A stretch of 64,000 bases of DNA, from positions 7,750,001 to 7,814,000 of the forward strand of contig OZ287754.1 in the NCBI GenBank assembly GCA_965649765.1, given 5' to 3'. The position numbers and the translations under genes are program-made. Positions 25,764 through 39,036 of this stretch are shown one piece after another. Each line of letters begins with the position of its first letter. Position 1 is the first letter of the stretch. Origin of the DNA: Bispira polyomma. Taxonomy: Eukaryota. The notes under the pieces are model-generated. The model saw only the letters and a list, made by a program, of their open reading frames with translations, had not been told where the DNA came from and ran no database searches.

Positions 25764-26974
25764 GGTTTGGACAAACAATATTGGCAATTCAGTTTTATAG
25801 GGAATATTGTACATCACAATAAAAAAGAAAGGCAAAAATGGACAAAATGTATATTCTAAATAATTCTACTATTTATTTAAACTAGTGTTTCTGTTTGGCT
25901 GAGGCTTGATTTCATATTATTACTGCACACACACACATGTACTTACACACGTACATGTACTTACACACGTTTATAAGTAGTTTTTAGGGGGGGGGGGGGG
26001 GCTGGCTCGTTTAATTGTAGTTCACTTGTAGATAGGTAGGCTGTAAACAAGTCAGAAATTCAAGTGTTGTTCCTTCACGCAAGGGTGGCATCATTGGTGG
26101 CATATATTTCATTATCAAATATACCATAGAGGTGTAAATTTTACCCGGTAAAAAAAAGTTTTACACAATGTTTTAAAGATGTTCACCAGAATTAATTTCT
26201 CACTACTGCTAATTTTTCAGATCACATTTTCACTGAGGAAATTAATTTCTGTTTTTTACTATTCAGTTTCATTTTTTTGCTAAAATATAGTTAACATTTA
26301 TTCTCGGGTGAAAATGTCCACACATATACAGTATATGTGTGCATCTGTATATGCATATACCCATGTGCTATATTGTCCTGCTTTGTAAACAATAAACATC
26401 TAAGATGTACAAGGAAAGATAAAAAGTAGAATACTTTCAAAACCCATGTAATTGTTGACACATCTTCAGCGGTAGGTTATGTCATAATTATCCTGGTAGT
26501 TTATTTGGTCTAAAATGAGATAACCATATATTTATATATGTATTTTGCAGCAATTATATGAAGGAATTATCTTATTTTTGTCCTTTTTTTTGCCCCGATA
26601 CAGTTCCTGTCTCACTTATAAATGCAGACATGCCTCTCAGTTTACCCAGGTTGCGGTTGGAGGCTGGAATTGTGATGGCAAGCAGACAAGTTTAATATAC
26701 ACAAGTAAAAACACCATATGATACATTTGGGCTATTTATTACACACACACATGTTACTTTTTTACATGCCCTACTAACTAGTCCTTAGACTATTGTTGGC
26801 CTTAACCCTAGTTCTAAGGCAGCCTTACACTTAGTTAAGGTAACCTTAAAGTCAGACTTCATTCTCTTTGTCAAGGTGGCCTTAAGTTGTTAGGTTAGGG
26901 TTGTGTTAAAATGCTTAATATAAATGTATAACGTAAGGTGTATATAATAAAATTGCCAAACCCAAGATATATTT

Positions 26975-28001
26975 TTATGTAGGTTTTGGTGTGAGGTGTT
27001 TGTGGAAGGTTCTGGCCACCAAACCCGCTGCTGCAGGAGTCTTCACTAAATACTTCCAAATACAATCAGACCGCCAACCCCCATGCACTTTGATAAAGCC
27101 CAGGTCAATGTTATGGTCGAATGCCCAAAAGGGACCAGACCTTCGCAAAGAGTGAAACCCGAAACTTCCCGGGGGAAGGTTTATTTTTTCCAATAATTTT
27201 GCCAAAATCCGACGGACCTTGTGAGCTGTGACTACCACTGTTTTTCCCTTATGTGAATATTGCAGCAGCGGAGTTATGCGAGAACCTTTGTTTGGTAGAA
27301 TATTTTTCAGAGCTTGTACAGGACATAAATTTGAGCCAGGAAGCGCCGGGATCTGTACTACTTGTACCTGGCCTGACTGCTGCATATTTTTTTTCACATT
27401 TTGTAATGATATGCGCACCTGGCTTACCCCAAACTACATCCCTTTGTGTGGGGTATCTGGAAGGTTGAAATTGACCGACTGAATTAGGAACCAGGGTGGC
27501 TAGCCTGTAGAATCCAAAGAACCCGAGTAGTATAATAGTTTTATATACAGGAGCACCCGGAAACCCTTGTACCAGAGCCACCAGTTGTTGTAATTTATGT
27601 ACTGTAAACACCCCTTTCACCTTGTACTTAAGGGGGGCATTATTTGCTATTGACTTTAACATTAAACTCAGCTTCCTGTGTCCCAAACCCTGTGTGGGGA
27701 AGTTGTAGATCTGGAAAAAATGCCTCAGTACAGCCAAGTACCCTGTTATAGTCTGGGCCCTAAGCCCCTGCTGTGCCAAGTACTCGACGAACATCAATAC
27801 AGACTGAAGGTCATGAGGAGAAGTAAGTTGTAGTTTTGTGAGAAAGGCTGTGTAAAGTCTGAACTTTGCCTTGTATGCTGTGGAGGTTCGTGGTCTGAAC
27901 CCAGCCTGAACACGCACGTTGACCCCTTGTAATAAGTCTCTCGCCAGGGAATTACCTACAAGGTTAAATATTATAATTAGGGATGAGTAATTCCTGGTCA
28001 A
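26975..28001 (-). pseudogene. Tyrosine recombinase of YR-2 (one frameshift in a T run at ~27390)
   Basis: FYRLATL, LCPV.AL, HSLRRSG, HGGW.SD, WKYL; overlaps the pol 3' end. Confidence 0.92.
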
Positions 28002-30780
28002 CGTGGTGCCACTTGCAATTTTTTAGGAATGTTACTTCTGTCTTATTTGTGCCACCATAGTACGCCCAACGCGAAAGAATATCAGCATAAATGTTTGTGA
28101 CCCCACTAATATGCTCTACTGAGACCTCTATGTTATGTTTTGCTTGCAATAGCCATAGTGTGCGTGAACAGGCATTCAAAAACCCATCCTTACAATGCGC
28201 CCTGTTAAGGACATGAACCACTGCCATATTATCACAGTATACAGCGACTTTTAAATTAGCCCATTGCTGAGCCCACAAACGAAACGCCACCACAATATTC
28301 ACCATCTCAAAGTGAACAATGTTCAGTGTATTGTTATATTTCTGCGGAATGCCCACTGAGTAAACATTGTTGTTCCAAAAGACCCCCATCGCTTTTAGAG
28401 AGGCGTCCACAAATATGTGGTGTGTAATTTCTGACACTCTGTGCATAGCCGTGATACCATTGTATTTGTCTAGGAATTGGCAAAACCAATTAATGTCTTT
28501 GTGAAATTCACCTGTTAGCCTTACAGAGACATTGGGGGGGTTCCCCCTTAATACTGCCAATATTCTATTTACAAAGAGCCTCGCTGGCTTTACGCAACGG
28601 TGGATATAAATTAATTTACCCAGTAGTTTTTGTAGACCCCGTCTGGTAGCCCTATTTTTTGTTGACCATTGTTCACACAATTGCTTAGCTTCTAATAATT
28701 TATCCGCGGGTATAGTCAATATCCCTGTTTTGGCATTGATATTGATACCTAGACACGTCAGGCTTTCGGTGGGTGCATCTACCTTGTCCTGATTTATCGG
28801 TAAGCCGAGATTAAGAATTAGATTCTTTAGTGTGATAAAGGCATCGTTAGCCTTTCCTGGAGGCGCAACCCCTATGCAGTCGTCCAAATATGAGCAACAC
28901 CAGTGGTTATTTTATAACATGAGATATGTAATTCCGTCCGTAGTCATTTGGCATGCGCATGCGCCAGAGCGTAGGCCAAAGGGTATACTGACGTCAACAT
29001 AGTAACTATTACCCCAGTTAAGACCCAGTACTGAATAGTCGAACGGATCAGACTTCAAATTCCTATAGGCTCGTTGCAAATCAATTTTGTATAACAACGC
29101 TTTGGGCCCAAGACTGGCTATTTTGTCTACTATGTTATCTATAGTGGGATATTTTAACTGGAATTGGACATCATCGAATGCGTTCAGGGGAATCCCAGAG
29201 TTAACACTTGTGCCATGTGGCCACGAGAGATCCACTATAATGCGCCTTGAACCATTTGGTTTTGGTCTCGACATCATGGGCGAAACATGGAATGGTTTAA
29301 AGGGGGGTGGTGTTAAAGGCCCGACTATAGCTTTGTATTTAATCTCTGTGTTTAAATAAGTGTCGACTGAGTCTGGAAAATTTACTGCAGAAGCATGATT
29401 CTCAATATTTTGGTTGTACTGAAAAGTACTATAATTCAAGGAAAGGGGAAAGCCATATTGCAAGTATTCACAAAGTAGCGGGAAGTCATAATCCTGCAAG
29501 TACACACGCCAATTATCAATATTTAGCTGAGAAGGGACTGACAACCTGGCCTCTTTATAATTAGCTACACCTGTTAACTGTGTTGCACTGTGTGCCCCCT
29601 TCACCCATTGTAACATATCATTGTTGTTCAACACGCCAGTATAATCGGGAGGGGTATAATAGACCACCTGTGTAGGGATAAATCCCCTGAGCCATTCTCT
29701 TGTATTAACCTCTTTCAAACACGAAATTGATTTGTGCAGCGGGTGTGACCGAGGTGTTGTGTTGAGGCTATTGTGGGAAAGTTTCCCCCTTAATTGGCTA
29801 ACTGTGTCCCCAAACGCTCCACAATTAATGGCTGTACTTGCTGTGCTTGTGTACTCCCCATAATTGGAATTAGTGACACCCTGTGAGCTAAGCCCCTGAA
29901 ACCTTATTGAACTGTCAGAGTTTGCAGTCAATGTGAAACTCTCTAATATGGCCATGTTAAATATAGCAGAGCTAAATGTCTGCCCTATACAGGAGTCTTG
30001 GTCCTGTGATTCAAGTTGTAAACTATAATCCATGGAATCAATGTCAAGCTTTGTGCTATAACTGAGACTTAACTGTTGTGAATATGCGCTAGCCATTTCA
30101 CAGCTAGTCTGTGTGCGCCCTTCAGTGCTGTTTCTGATATGTACATAAGTAGTACCCTTAGTATCCTGGGGTTTGTCCCAACCATTTTGATCACTACTCT
30201 TACAGTCACTACTGTTAGGCATGCTAATACCGTCTCTGAGCTGTGTAGTATGTAATCCTAAACACGCTGAAAAGGTATCAGCACAAGCCCAGCTTACACT
30301 GGACTGATTAACGTCTACATTATTAATATCCCAGGTAATGTGTGTACTATTAACACTTAAACACGCTGAAAAGTTGTCAGCACAAGCCCAGCTTACACTG
30401 AACTGACCAACATTTGTATTCTCTATGCTACAGCTAATCTGTGTATTATTCACCCGTGAACACGCTGAAAAGTTATCAGCTTCAACCATAACCCCCAATT
30501 GGCTATGTGTTGTAAGTGGTTGTAAACCTTCAGCCCTGTTATTGTTATTTCTCAGCTGTAAATGAACCTGTTCATGAATCACTTGAGACACATTCCCCCC
30601 CAGCTTGGTAGTAGCTCTATTACCTTTGAAATTTAGATTTGCATCTCTACTACACCAGTTACAATAGCAATTCCCTAGGTGTTGACTCCCCCAGAATTGG
30701 CTATTCAAAACCCCAAGGCTGAAAGAGCCTTTTTTATGTATCCTGGTCGGAATTGGGACATAAGGTGTACTAACTACCAC
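27964..30780 (-). pseudogene. RT-RNase H (pol) of YR-2 with long N-terminal extension; single in-frame TAA at 28912-28914
   Basis: RIIVDLSWP, KIDLQRAYR, IPFG, YLDD; RNase H FVDAS, FEM.NI, CDNMAV, HISG..N..AD.LSR. Confidence 0.93.
30260..30481. repeat. ~99-bp (33-aa) tandem repeat inside the YR-2 pol extension
   Basis: acacgctgaaaag(g/t)t(a/g)tcagc at ~30262, ~30361 and ~30460; peptide AD(N/T)FSAC three times. Confidence 0.85.
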
Positions 30781-30802
30781 GGGAGAATGGCCAACAAAGC
30801 TA

Positions 30803-31894
30803 TCAAACCCGCTGATCTTTCTTCACCCCTGTCTCCTGAGTAGCAGGAGTTTCTTTAGCTTTGCGATTGCATTTTGATTCCGGATGCTCATAGTTCTTAT
30901 TTACTGTCCTATAGCAATACCCACACGAGTGCTTAAGAAGCTTCCCTCCCTCGTAGTGGTCACCTTCAAACTTACAGTACCCTTTCGAGTATCTATTGCA
31001 CACTGTTACCTTACTGCTGCTGTCCTTAGTTCCCCCTGCTGCTGATGTAGCCTGTTGGCTAGCTGGTTTTAACGAGCGTTGTGTAAACCGTTGGCGCACT
31101 CGGTCAATACCATCAAGGTCCTCCCACGCTAAGTTGCCCCGCTCAATATTCGACAAGATGGCTGCATGAGCCCTCTTGGCTGTGGGCCATGAGAGATCCA
31201 GCGCATCTTGCATCAGCAAGTACTGATAGTGCAACATGTTCTTTTTTATTTCTGGGTCCTTCTCGTGTAGCATACACCGGGCGAAGCCCTGAACCCATTG
31301 AAAAATGTTCAGCTCCTCATATGTGGGCATTTTGAGATTCTCCCCCAACATGTATAGCTCGTGTGGCCATGGGACAACCACTTTAACCCTTTGATCACCA
31401 ACCCAGTATCTGCCAGACTTAACCGTACGTTTAAAACCCATACCTGGAATGTCCTCTCGAGAAAAGTCCTCATACTGCCGCAACCGACGGTCCACTTCAT
31501 CCTGAATAGTAGAGTCCGACCGTAAGAAATCCATAGAGGGCAATTTCTGCGCATCCGAGGGCTGTATACGCGAGCCATTGTCACCTTTTGTGGGCTTCTT
31601 GAGCTTTGGGAAGCTGTGCGCTGACGGCTTCGACTGTATTGAGAACTCTACCTCGCGTTGTTGCTCTTGTCGGCTCACCCTGTCTTCCAGTGCTTCAAAC
31701 TTCTCCATAAACTTATCCAATTTGTTCATCACGTCTGCGTTGCTGACCTGTGATGCACCTGGCTTCGGCCCTTTAGCCTTGTGTATATACGAGCTCCCTA
31801 CTGCGCCCGCACTGGTTACCTTGCTGGTATGAGATTCCATCGTTAGGCCCTCAGATTCAGATGAAGCTGTGTATTCTGTGTTACCTAATCTCAT
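30803..31894 (-). CDS. Gag-like ORF1 of YR-2 (363 aa, open)
   Basis: coiled coil, conserved WP/PTY..L..QWV.GF/LMQDA..SW..AK.AHA blocks, C-terminal CNRY..G.C...H...HSCGYC...H...C zinc finger. Confidence 0.85.
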   Translation of the reverse strand: MRLGNTEYTASSESEGLTMESHTSKVTSAGAVGSSYIHKAKGPKPGASQVSNADVMNKLDKFMEKFEALEDRVSRQEQQREVEFSIQSKPSAHSFPKLKKPTKGDNGSRIQPSDAQKLPSMDFLRSDSTIQDEVDRRLRQYEDFSREDIPGMGFKRTVKSGRYWVGDQRVKVVVPWPHELYMLGENLKMPTYEELNIFQWVQGFARCMLHEKDPEIKKNMLHYQYLLMQDALDLSWPTAKRAHAAILSNIERGNLAWEDLDGIDRVRQRFTQRSLKPASQQATSAAGGTKDSSSKVTVCNRYSKGYCKFEGDHYEGGKLLKHSCGYCYRTVNKNYEHPESKCNRKAKETPATQETGVKKDQRV

Positions 31895-34001
31895 GCAATG
31901 GTTCCTCTGAAATTTTTACTCTTGCACCCAGAGAGCTTAAACCCAGAATGAAGGCTGGGGGCTTTTTAGGACCCCAGAGGGAATTTTTTGGCGGGAAAAA
32001 GTATTGACCCCAGCTACCAGGTAGTGAACCTTTTTAATTGGTATTGCTAGCAAGGGTGACAAGTTTGTTAGCCTACAGTGGCCCAAATGAATGACACTTT
32101 GACAGGGTGACAAGCTGGGGAGGTAAACCTGTTGTGATTTGTTTGTTATAATACTAAACCCAGTAAACTGATCCCCTGATGCTACTCACCGTACGCAATC
32201 AAAACATTGTTATAAATGAGTAAAATCCAGTAAATCACATTATATATTTTTTTTTTTTTTTTTTTTTTTGAACTAACATCAGCCTCAGAAACACCTTCAG
32301 TGATTTTTTTTTTGTGTGTCCTGGATTTCTCTCCATCTCTACTAGAGTAAGGAATCTAAAATTCGCCACTCTATCTGAAATTCGCCACCCAGAAAATGTT
32401 GTGTTTTTGGGGTAGAATTGTGAGTAATATTTCCTCAAATTGAGATTTTTGTGACTACTTTGCCTTACTTACTAATTGCTGTTATTTTTTGCCCAGTTTA
32501 TATTGATTTTGCTTAAATTTTAGGGGGTGGCAAATTTGAGATACAGCGGCAGATTTTTTAGAATTCTCTCCATTTAGTGACAGAATAGAAGCACCAATAA
32601 ACTGGCGCCTGATGAAAAGCAACTGCAGAAATGTCATTACAAAAATCCACGAGTATTATGGGAATCTTTATCAGTAGTTTGGATTCAGCTAGCCATAAAA
32701 GTGGAAATTTGTTTTCCTGAGAGGTTAATTAAGCTATAGTTTGGTTAATGAGACTGATTACTCCAATGAAAACTCTAAAATAAAAAATATTTAAATTATA
32801 ATATATTCAAAAAGAGTGAAAATTAATTCCTGTGAAATCTTTAAAATTGTAAATGAGAGATTTTTTTTAACAAGCTAAAATTTCCAACTTTACTGTATTT
32901 TACATTTGCTTATATTTGTCCTACAGAGCATTCAGTTGATGAATTGTATCTCAACGGTTTGAATGAAGGTTCTATACACCCTTTCCTTATTTTCTTTAGA
33001 CTTTTACCCCTTTAGTTCACAAAGGGTATGTGTACAGATATAAAAAAATACTGCTTCTTTGATACCGAAAACATGTATTTAACATTTTGTCCCTAAACTA
33101 CACCCCTCAGCCCACCCCTCTCTGTACCTTTCCGATCATCAAAGAAGTGTATCCATGGTATGCCAACAACAAGAAGAGAAATTGTTTTCATTGGCATATT
33201 TGTTTTTCTTCACCGTCTTCAAACTAGCACATGTATTTCCATAAGTCTAAAGATTATTTAAGTGAAAATTAGATTTCTTTATACAGTTTCATCAGCCATT
33301 GAATATTTTCAACTACATATTTGATTTCCTTGCTAAAAGCTCTATTAAAATGAATGGTCACATGTCTAGGTTACTCCTATTGACAAGGAAATCCACATTT
33401 GTGGTATTTGAGTTTTAGAACTCAGTCAGATTTAGCACAACTTTAAGTGCTTTGATGGGCATATGGCCCCTGGGAATACAAAAACTGGCCCCTGGGAAAC
33501 TGGCTACTGGGCATAGAGAAATTTTCAGTTGATATTGCTTATAGTTCAGTTGGTACAGTGATGTGTCAGACTATTGAGGACATAGCTGTGAAACAGCAGT
33601 TCAGAGGGGACATAGAACCTCTATTATGTGAACATATTGTTAGGTCAAGATTTTGTTTGGAGAATAGAAGGTTTGTAAAATAGAAAAGAGGTACTTTAGT
33701 ATCAAACTATAGGATAACTTGTAGAGTGACTTTTCATGTATTGGAAAGTTTGGATAAATATATTTGGTGGTGGGGGGGGGGGTGAAGAAAAGACACTGCA
33801 AGGGAAGGGGAATAGGGATGAGGGACAAAGAATCAGGAGGAATTGGCTACCAACCATGATGAATTTCAGGTTTGACAGCATTTGTGATGAAAAATCATAA
33901 GGTACCACAAGTTGAGCTATGCAGGCCAGTTGTGGCAAAACATAATTCTTTCATGTGCTTCATTGTAACGTGAATCTAGCAGCCAACAATAAGTAACAAT
34001 T

Positions 34002-34173
34002 ACAGTAAAATCTCTATTATCTGAACATGTTGGCTGAGTAAGATTTTGATTTGGATAATGGAAGGTTTATAAAATAGAAGAGGTAGTGTAAAATAGGAAA
34101 ATGGTTATTGGGGAGAACAAAACTATGTTCAAATATTTGGACAATAGAAGTTTGGATAATAGAGGTTCTACTG
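34002..34173. mobile_element. pogo/Tigger-type MITE family C (cagtagaacctctattatc TIR); also 38129-38314, 61018-61196, partial at 24885 and 33613
   Basis: tacagta(g/a)aa(c/t)ctctattatc ... gataatagaggttctactgta. Confidence 0.75.
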
Positions 34174-34875
34174 TATTACAAACTTTTGTTTGGCATTTAG
34201 ATCTACATAGGAAAGAGTCCACAAATGGTTAAAACTAGTGGATCACTGAAGATTGCGGACATATTGCTTCACTGGTCAGGGTTAGTAGGTATTTGTAGCA
34301 ATTATTTTAAACATCTTTGGTTATAATGTGATGGCCAGATTTATTGGTGCAGAGAACATGTACTGGAAACCATACAACATGCAGTCTCTGTGTCTGACCT
34401 TGTTTTGACCTTGGTGAGCAAAGCTAGTTCTTGTTATTAAATAATTTTATTTTAAAATAATTTTCTACTGCTAGAGAAATTATATACAACACCAGTTTAA
34501 ATATTCTTATATACACACAAAGTTAAGGTGGCCTCAATCTCTTGAGGTCACCTCAACTTAGACACCAGGTTATAGTGATTACAGTTTGTTTAATTTTTTG
34601 TGTAGGGTGACCTTTAGCTTTTTAAGGTGACCCTAAGTGATTAAGTTTTCTGAATATTGTAAGGTTACCTTATATATTTAAGGTGACCTCAGTTGGTTTA
34701 GATTTTGAACCTTGGTTTTAATTGAGTTGAATTATATGGGTTTTAATTTTAAAAGTTAACCTGTTGCCAATTTTTCAGTTATTGTGTTACTGTTTACATA
34801 TAACACATGTGAATGGATGCTGTCATACTACATGAATCCATTGTACTATATTTAGTTACTATATTACTTGTTAAT

Positions 34876-34911
<36 letters not shown>

Positions 34912-35848
34912 ATTAATGGAAGCTCTTATACTGTGTGAGTGCACTAAGCGCATCTAAGTAAGCCATGCATAATGTAACAATTTTATGTATTTTAGGTGTT
35001 CTATAAATGCTTTAATACACAGGTATATATATATATCTGTATATCAACATACAGGTAAGTAAGCACCAATAACAAATCACCATACCAGAACATTAATTCA
35101 TGTATATAAGATAAGCAGTACTACTAAGAACAATAGACCCTTGTAAAGAGGGTAGTTAAAAACATTAAGTTCAATTTAAAAGATAAAAAGCAATTGTGTA
35201 AATTTGCATATCATGGGGAGGACTATTACTGCACATTCTTGCGCTACGTATTTTGACACATTGCTGGGCCGGCAGGTTTTTTTAACCAAGTACATCTGTG
35301 TATATATATTACCTATATATGTAAACCACCCTCTACTAGCTTAATTTTTGTTACACTTTATGTAACTGAGCAGTACACTCCCTTAATCTTAATGATATCA
35401 TTCTCAGGTGAAGGTGGTCAGTATAGAATTACTCTTTTATCTTGCTCATAGTACCAATATTATAAATGACACAGTCTTTCAATTTATTACATATGCACAT
35501 TGTTCTTTATTGATTCTACTGTAGAGACACATAGTTTATTTAAATAATTATATAGGATTTTATTTGGTAAATTTTATAGGATTTTAGTTAGTGGATAATA
35601 TAGGATTTCAAAAAGTGATAACACAGTCATAACAAGAAAAGAGAAGTGTGACCAATATTAGATTTCTTTTTTTACTCCACACCAACAATATCAAAGTTTT
35701 ATCACAATGCAAGACCTATAAATAGCACTGTACTTGAACATGGTCCCTGCAATGTATACATTCAAAATTATGGTATATTCACACACTAGTTGACCACACA
35801 TGCACTAATCCCTTCAGAATCAATCCTGGGATAATTATAGTCCCACAT

Positions 35849-37666
35849 TTAGATGATCTCAAAATATTCCTTTTGCTCAGCCTCAAACTCCTCTGGGATG
35901 AATTCAGTCATCTGATGTTTCCCAAACTTTGCTAGCTCCACTGACCTCTTCTCTAAAATAAACCATTCAATGAATTCCTGCCCCAAAGTTTCTACCATGA
36001 CATCATCAGCTTCTAGGGCATTGATGGCTTCCTCCAGGGTGTATGGTATAGGACAATCTGGTTTGACTCCACAAGGAGGAGGCTCTATCTTCTTCCTAAT
36101 ACCATCAACTCCAGCAGCGACAGTTGCAGCAAGAACCAGATAGACATTGGAAGCACCACTGGGTACTCTATTCTCCATGTATGTGGCTTTCTCACTGGTA
36201 CTTTTCACACGCAAAGACACAAATCGATTGTCGTAGTCCCAATCTTTGTGGTCCGATCCAATACTTGCCCAGTTTAGATATGTGGTCTGGTTCATTGGGA
36301 TCATAGAAAGCATTTCGGTTGGTCTCAGTATCCCATAAACTCTGATTGAAATGAGTACCACAGGATGCATCCCCACCAGCAAACGGTTTGGACATGAACA
36401 CGGCTGTAATCCCAAACATTTTGGCTATTTCTTTCACTCCAGTTTTAAAGCGGAACATGTTATCAGCTGCTTCTATGCCAAACCTTGGCTGAAATACAAA
36501 CTCCACCTGCCCTGGGGAGTTTTCGATATGCATGGATTCAGACTCAATGCCGCACTTGGAAAGATTGCTATCCAAGGTCAGCATCAGGTCCTCAATATCA
36601 CTAAACCTCAGCTGAGTACAGTAGTCTGTTCCATCAAACAATGGCTTACCATCTTTCACAAAAAGAAATTCAGCCTCACAGGCAAACATAAGCTTCAAGT
36701 TCATACTCTTTAGCACATTCAGCTGTTTTCTGGCTACATATCTGGGACAAGCCTCCTGTATGCTACCATCTGGCCATGTGGTCTCACACAGGATTTCTCC
36801 AATCTTGAATTTGTCTGTACCTGCCCAGGGAAGAAGGACTATCTGCTGACAGGCTGGTTTGGCATAGATATTACCGTAATTGCTCTCCTTGACACGCCTA
36901 GTGTTAGTTATTTCTGACCTTGGTCCTAACACCACATTACCTGTAACAAAAGCATGATTTTAATTAGAAACCAAAAATGATGACACATTTAGCATGTAGG
37001 ATACATATGTTTTAACTGCCACTGTGGTGTTAGTATGCAACACATGCTTAAAAATGTAGAGTATCTGGGTTCAATGCCAGCATGGGTACCAGGTACCAAG
37101 TACAGACTAATAAATAGTCGCTGGAATGATCACATAAAATGGCGGTTTTGTATCATTGAGTCCCATTTCAAGTGCAAGGCTAATGAACCTGGGGGACATT
37201 GACAAATGGTCATCCTTAAGCCCTAAGTATTCATTTAAGGGTACAATTGTTTCTGGTTGGCTATGAATGGGCAATCAGTTAGGTAAAGTAGTGCTTTGAT
37301 ATCAGACAACTAAATTTACATATGAAATAAGAATTAACCACCAGATTAAGTTACATATTTCCATACATGCAGTATATTCGGCAGTAAATAACATTTACAT
37401 CATGTAGCAAAGCAGCAGTAAACTAGATTTTTTGATAATGCCTAGGAATTTACTTCGCATATATTTTTTAAACATACCTTACAAAAGCTGAACAAATCAA
37501 AAAATCAACATCTTCCATCATCTAACATGCTGTCAGCATGGCGAGCCGGAATTATCTTTCCTCTGGCAATTCCATGAATGTCGGACCATGTCATTCGTAA
37601 ATAATCAAATGTCTTAGCTTGTTGTTTCATTTGATCAACATCTAATTCTGGTAAAGATAGAGCCAT
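35849..37666 (-). pseudogene. GS-I/lengsin-like copy 3 (pseudogene)
   Basis: first exon 37666-~37513 with the donor removed by a ~90-nt deletion; last exon 36940-35849 with a frameshifting ~89-nt deletion at ~36253 that removes NCYRRL. Confidence 0.93.
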
Positions 37667-39036
37667 ATTGGCTATCCTGCAGATCTGAAACAAGGGAGAA
37701 TAATAACATTTACCATGATAATAATCAATATGTCTATAACCTCCACGTGAAATTTCTTTTATCCATCCATATACTTGTACTGTATTTTGCATTGTTAACG
37801 TGCTCTATTGATGCGAGTTATTTTCTAAGGCACAAGAACAGAATCCCATAAACATAGCCACGGTCATAAGGAAGGATGAGGGGTTGTTCAGGTAGGGTAT
37901 ATTACAGAAAAATAAAAAATAAAAATAAGTGTTTTTAGTAATCTAATCTCAACAGGTAGACTTTTACATATTATAGGGGCATCAATTGAGAAAGCTCTAG
38001 ATCCAGCCGTCTTGGCAGGTTTTACAGAGGAAACAGAAAATCCCAAAACTTGAAGAAATATCGCTTGAGATGCCACTTGTCAAAGATTCTCAGGCAGATC
38101 AATAACTATCACTGACAAAAGTTTAATACAGTAGAACCTTTATTATCTGAACATGTTGAGAAAGCAAACTTTTGTTCAGATAATAGAAGCCTCACAAAAT
38201 AGAAGAGGCATTTCTGTATAAAACAACAGGTAAACATGAATTTCGGAGAGCGAAAATGTGATCATAAAATTGAATATTCGGTTAACAGAAGTTCAGATAA
38301 TAGTGGTTCTACTGTATTGAAAATTCTTACGAAAATGAAGGGGAAAGAAACTGTATATCATAGCTGTAATAGAACGGACAAATTTATCAAAATCAATAAA
38401 TTAACCCCTTGACCACCATGTCTGTTGCCTAGTAGTCGATGGCCATTTTTATTCACAAGTGCCATGTCCGTCGGCCAGCAGTCGACGGTTTATAATATTA
38501 TTTTATAGCTCCCTATCCCTGAAATCTATGTGATACAGTGCTTTTAACATAAAGATAAATATTTGTTTTAATTTGTACTGCCATGAAAGTGTATCAAAGT
38601 ATTCTCACTCGGTATTGTAGAATTATTCTCCATTGGTGGAGAAGGGGTTATGCCGGTTTAAGTGCAATCAATCCATTTCAAGTACCTAAATTTCGTTTTA
38701 TAAACCATACTTTTATTACCTACTTGGGATATCTTTGAGATATTATACATTTTAAGACAACTACGACACTTGGGTAAAATGTGTACACATGCTATTAAGT
38801 AGGTTAAAATGCAAAGCCTAAATGAAGACCCAGTACCTTAGAAAATAAAGTTTATGGTTGACCTAACAGTTGCAAAATTATAAAAAGCAAGATTCCTATT
38901 TACAGTATTGTTTTTACAGAGACTACATACATGTACATTACTTCCAGCTATGAATTACTGGCTTTATCAATAACTCAGGCGATACCACCTATCTAACACA
39001 AAGACAACCATTTTTTTATTTTCTGAGGGCACTACC

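Larger units (their letters stand above)
26637..32206 (-). mobile_element. Tyrosine-recombinase retrotransposon (Ngaro/DIRS order), element YR-2, nearly intact
   Basis: gag-pol-YR on minus; boundaries set by empty sites gacatgcctc|c-tt(t/g)..tataaatgag at ~17641-17665 and ~44435-44460; no TSD. Confidence 0.93.
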
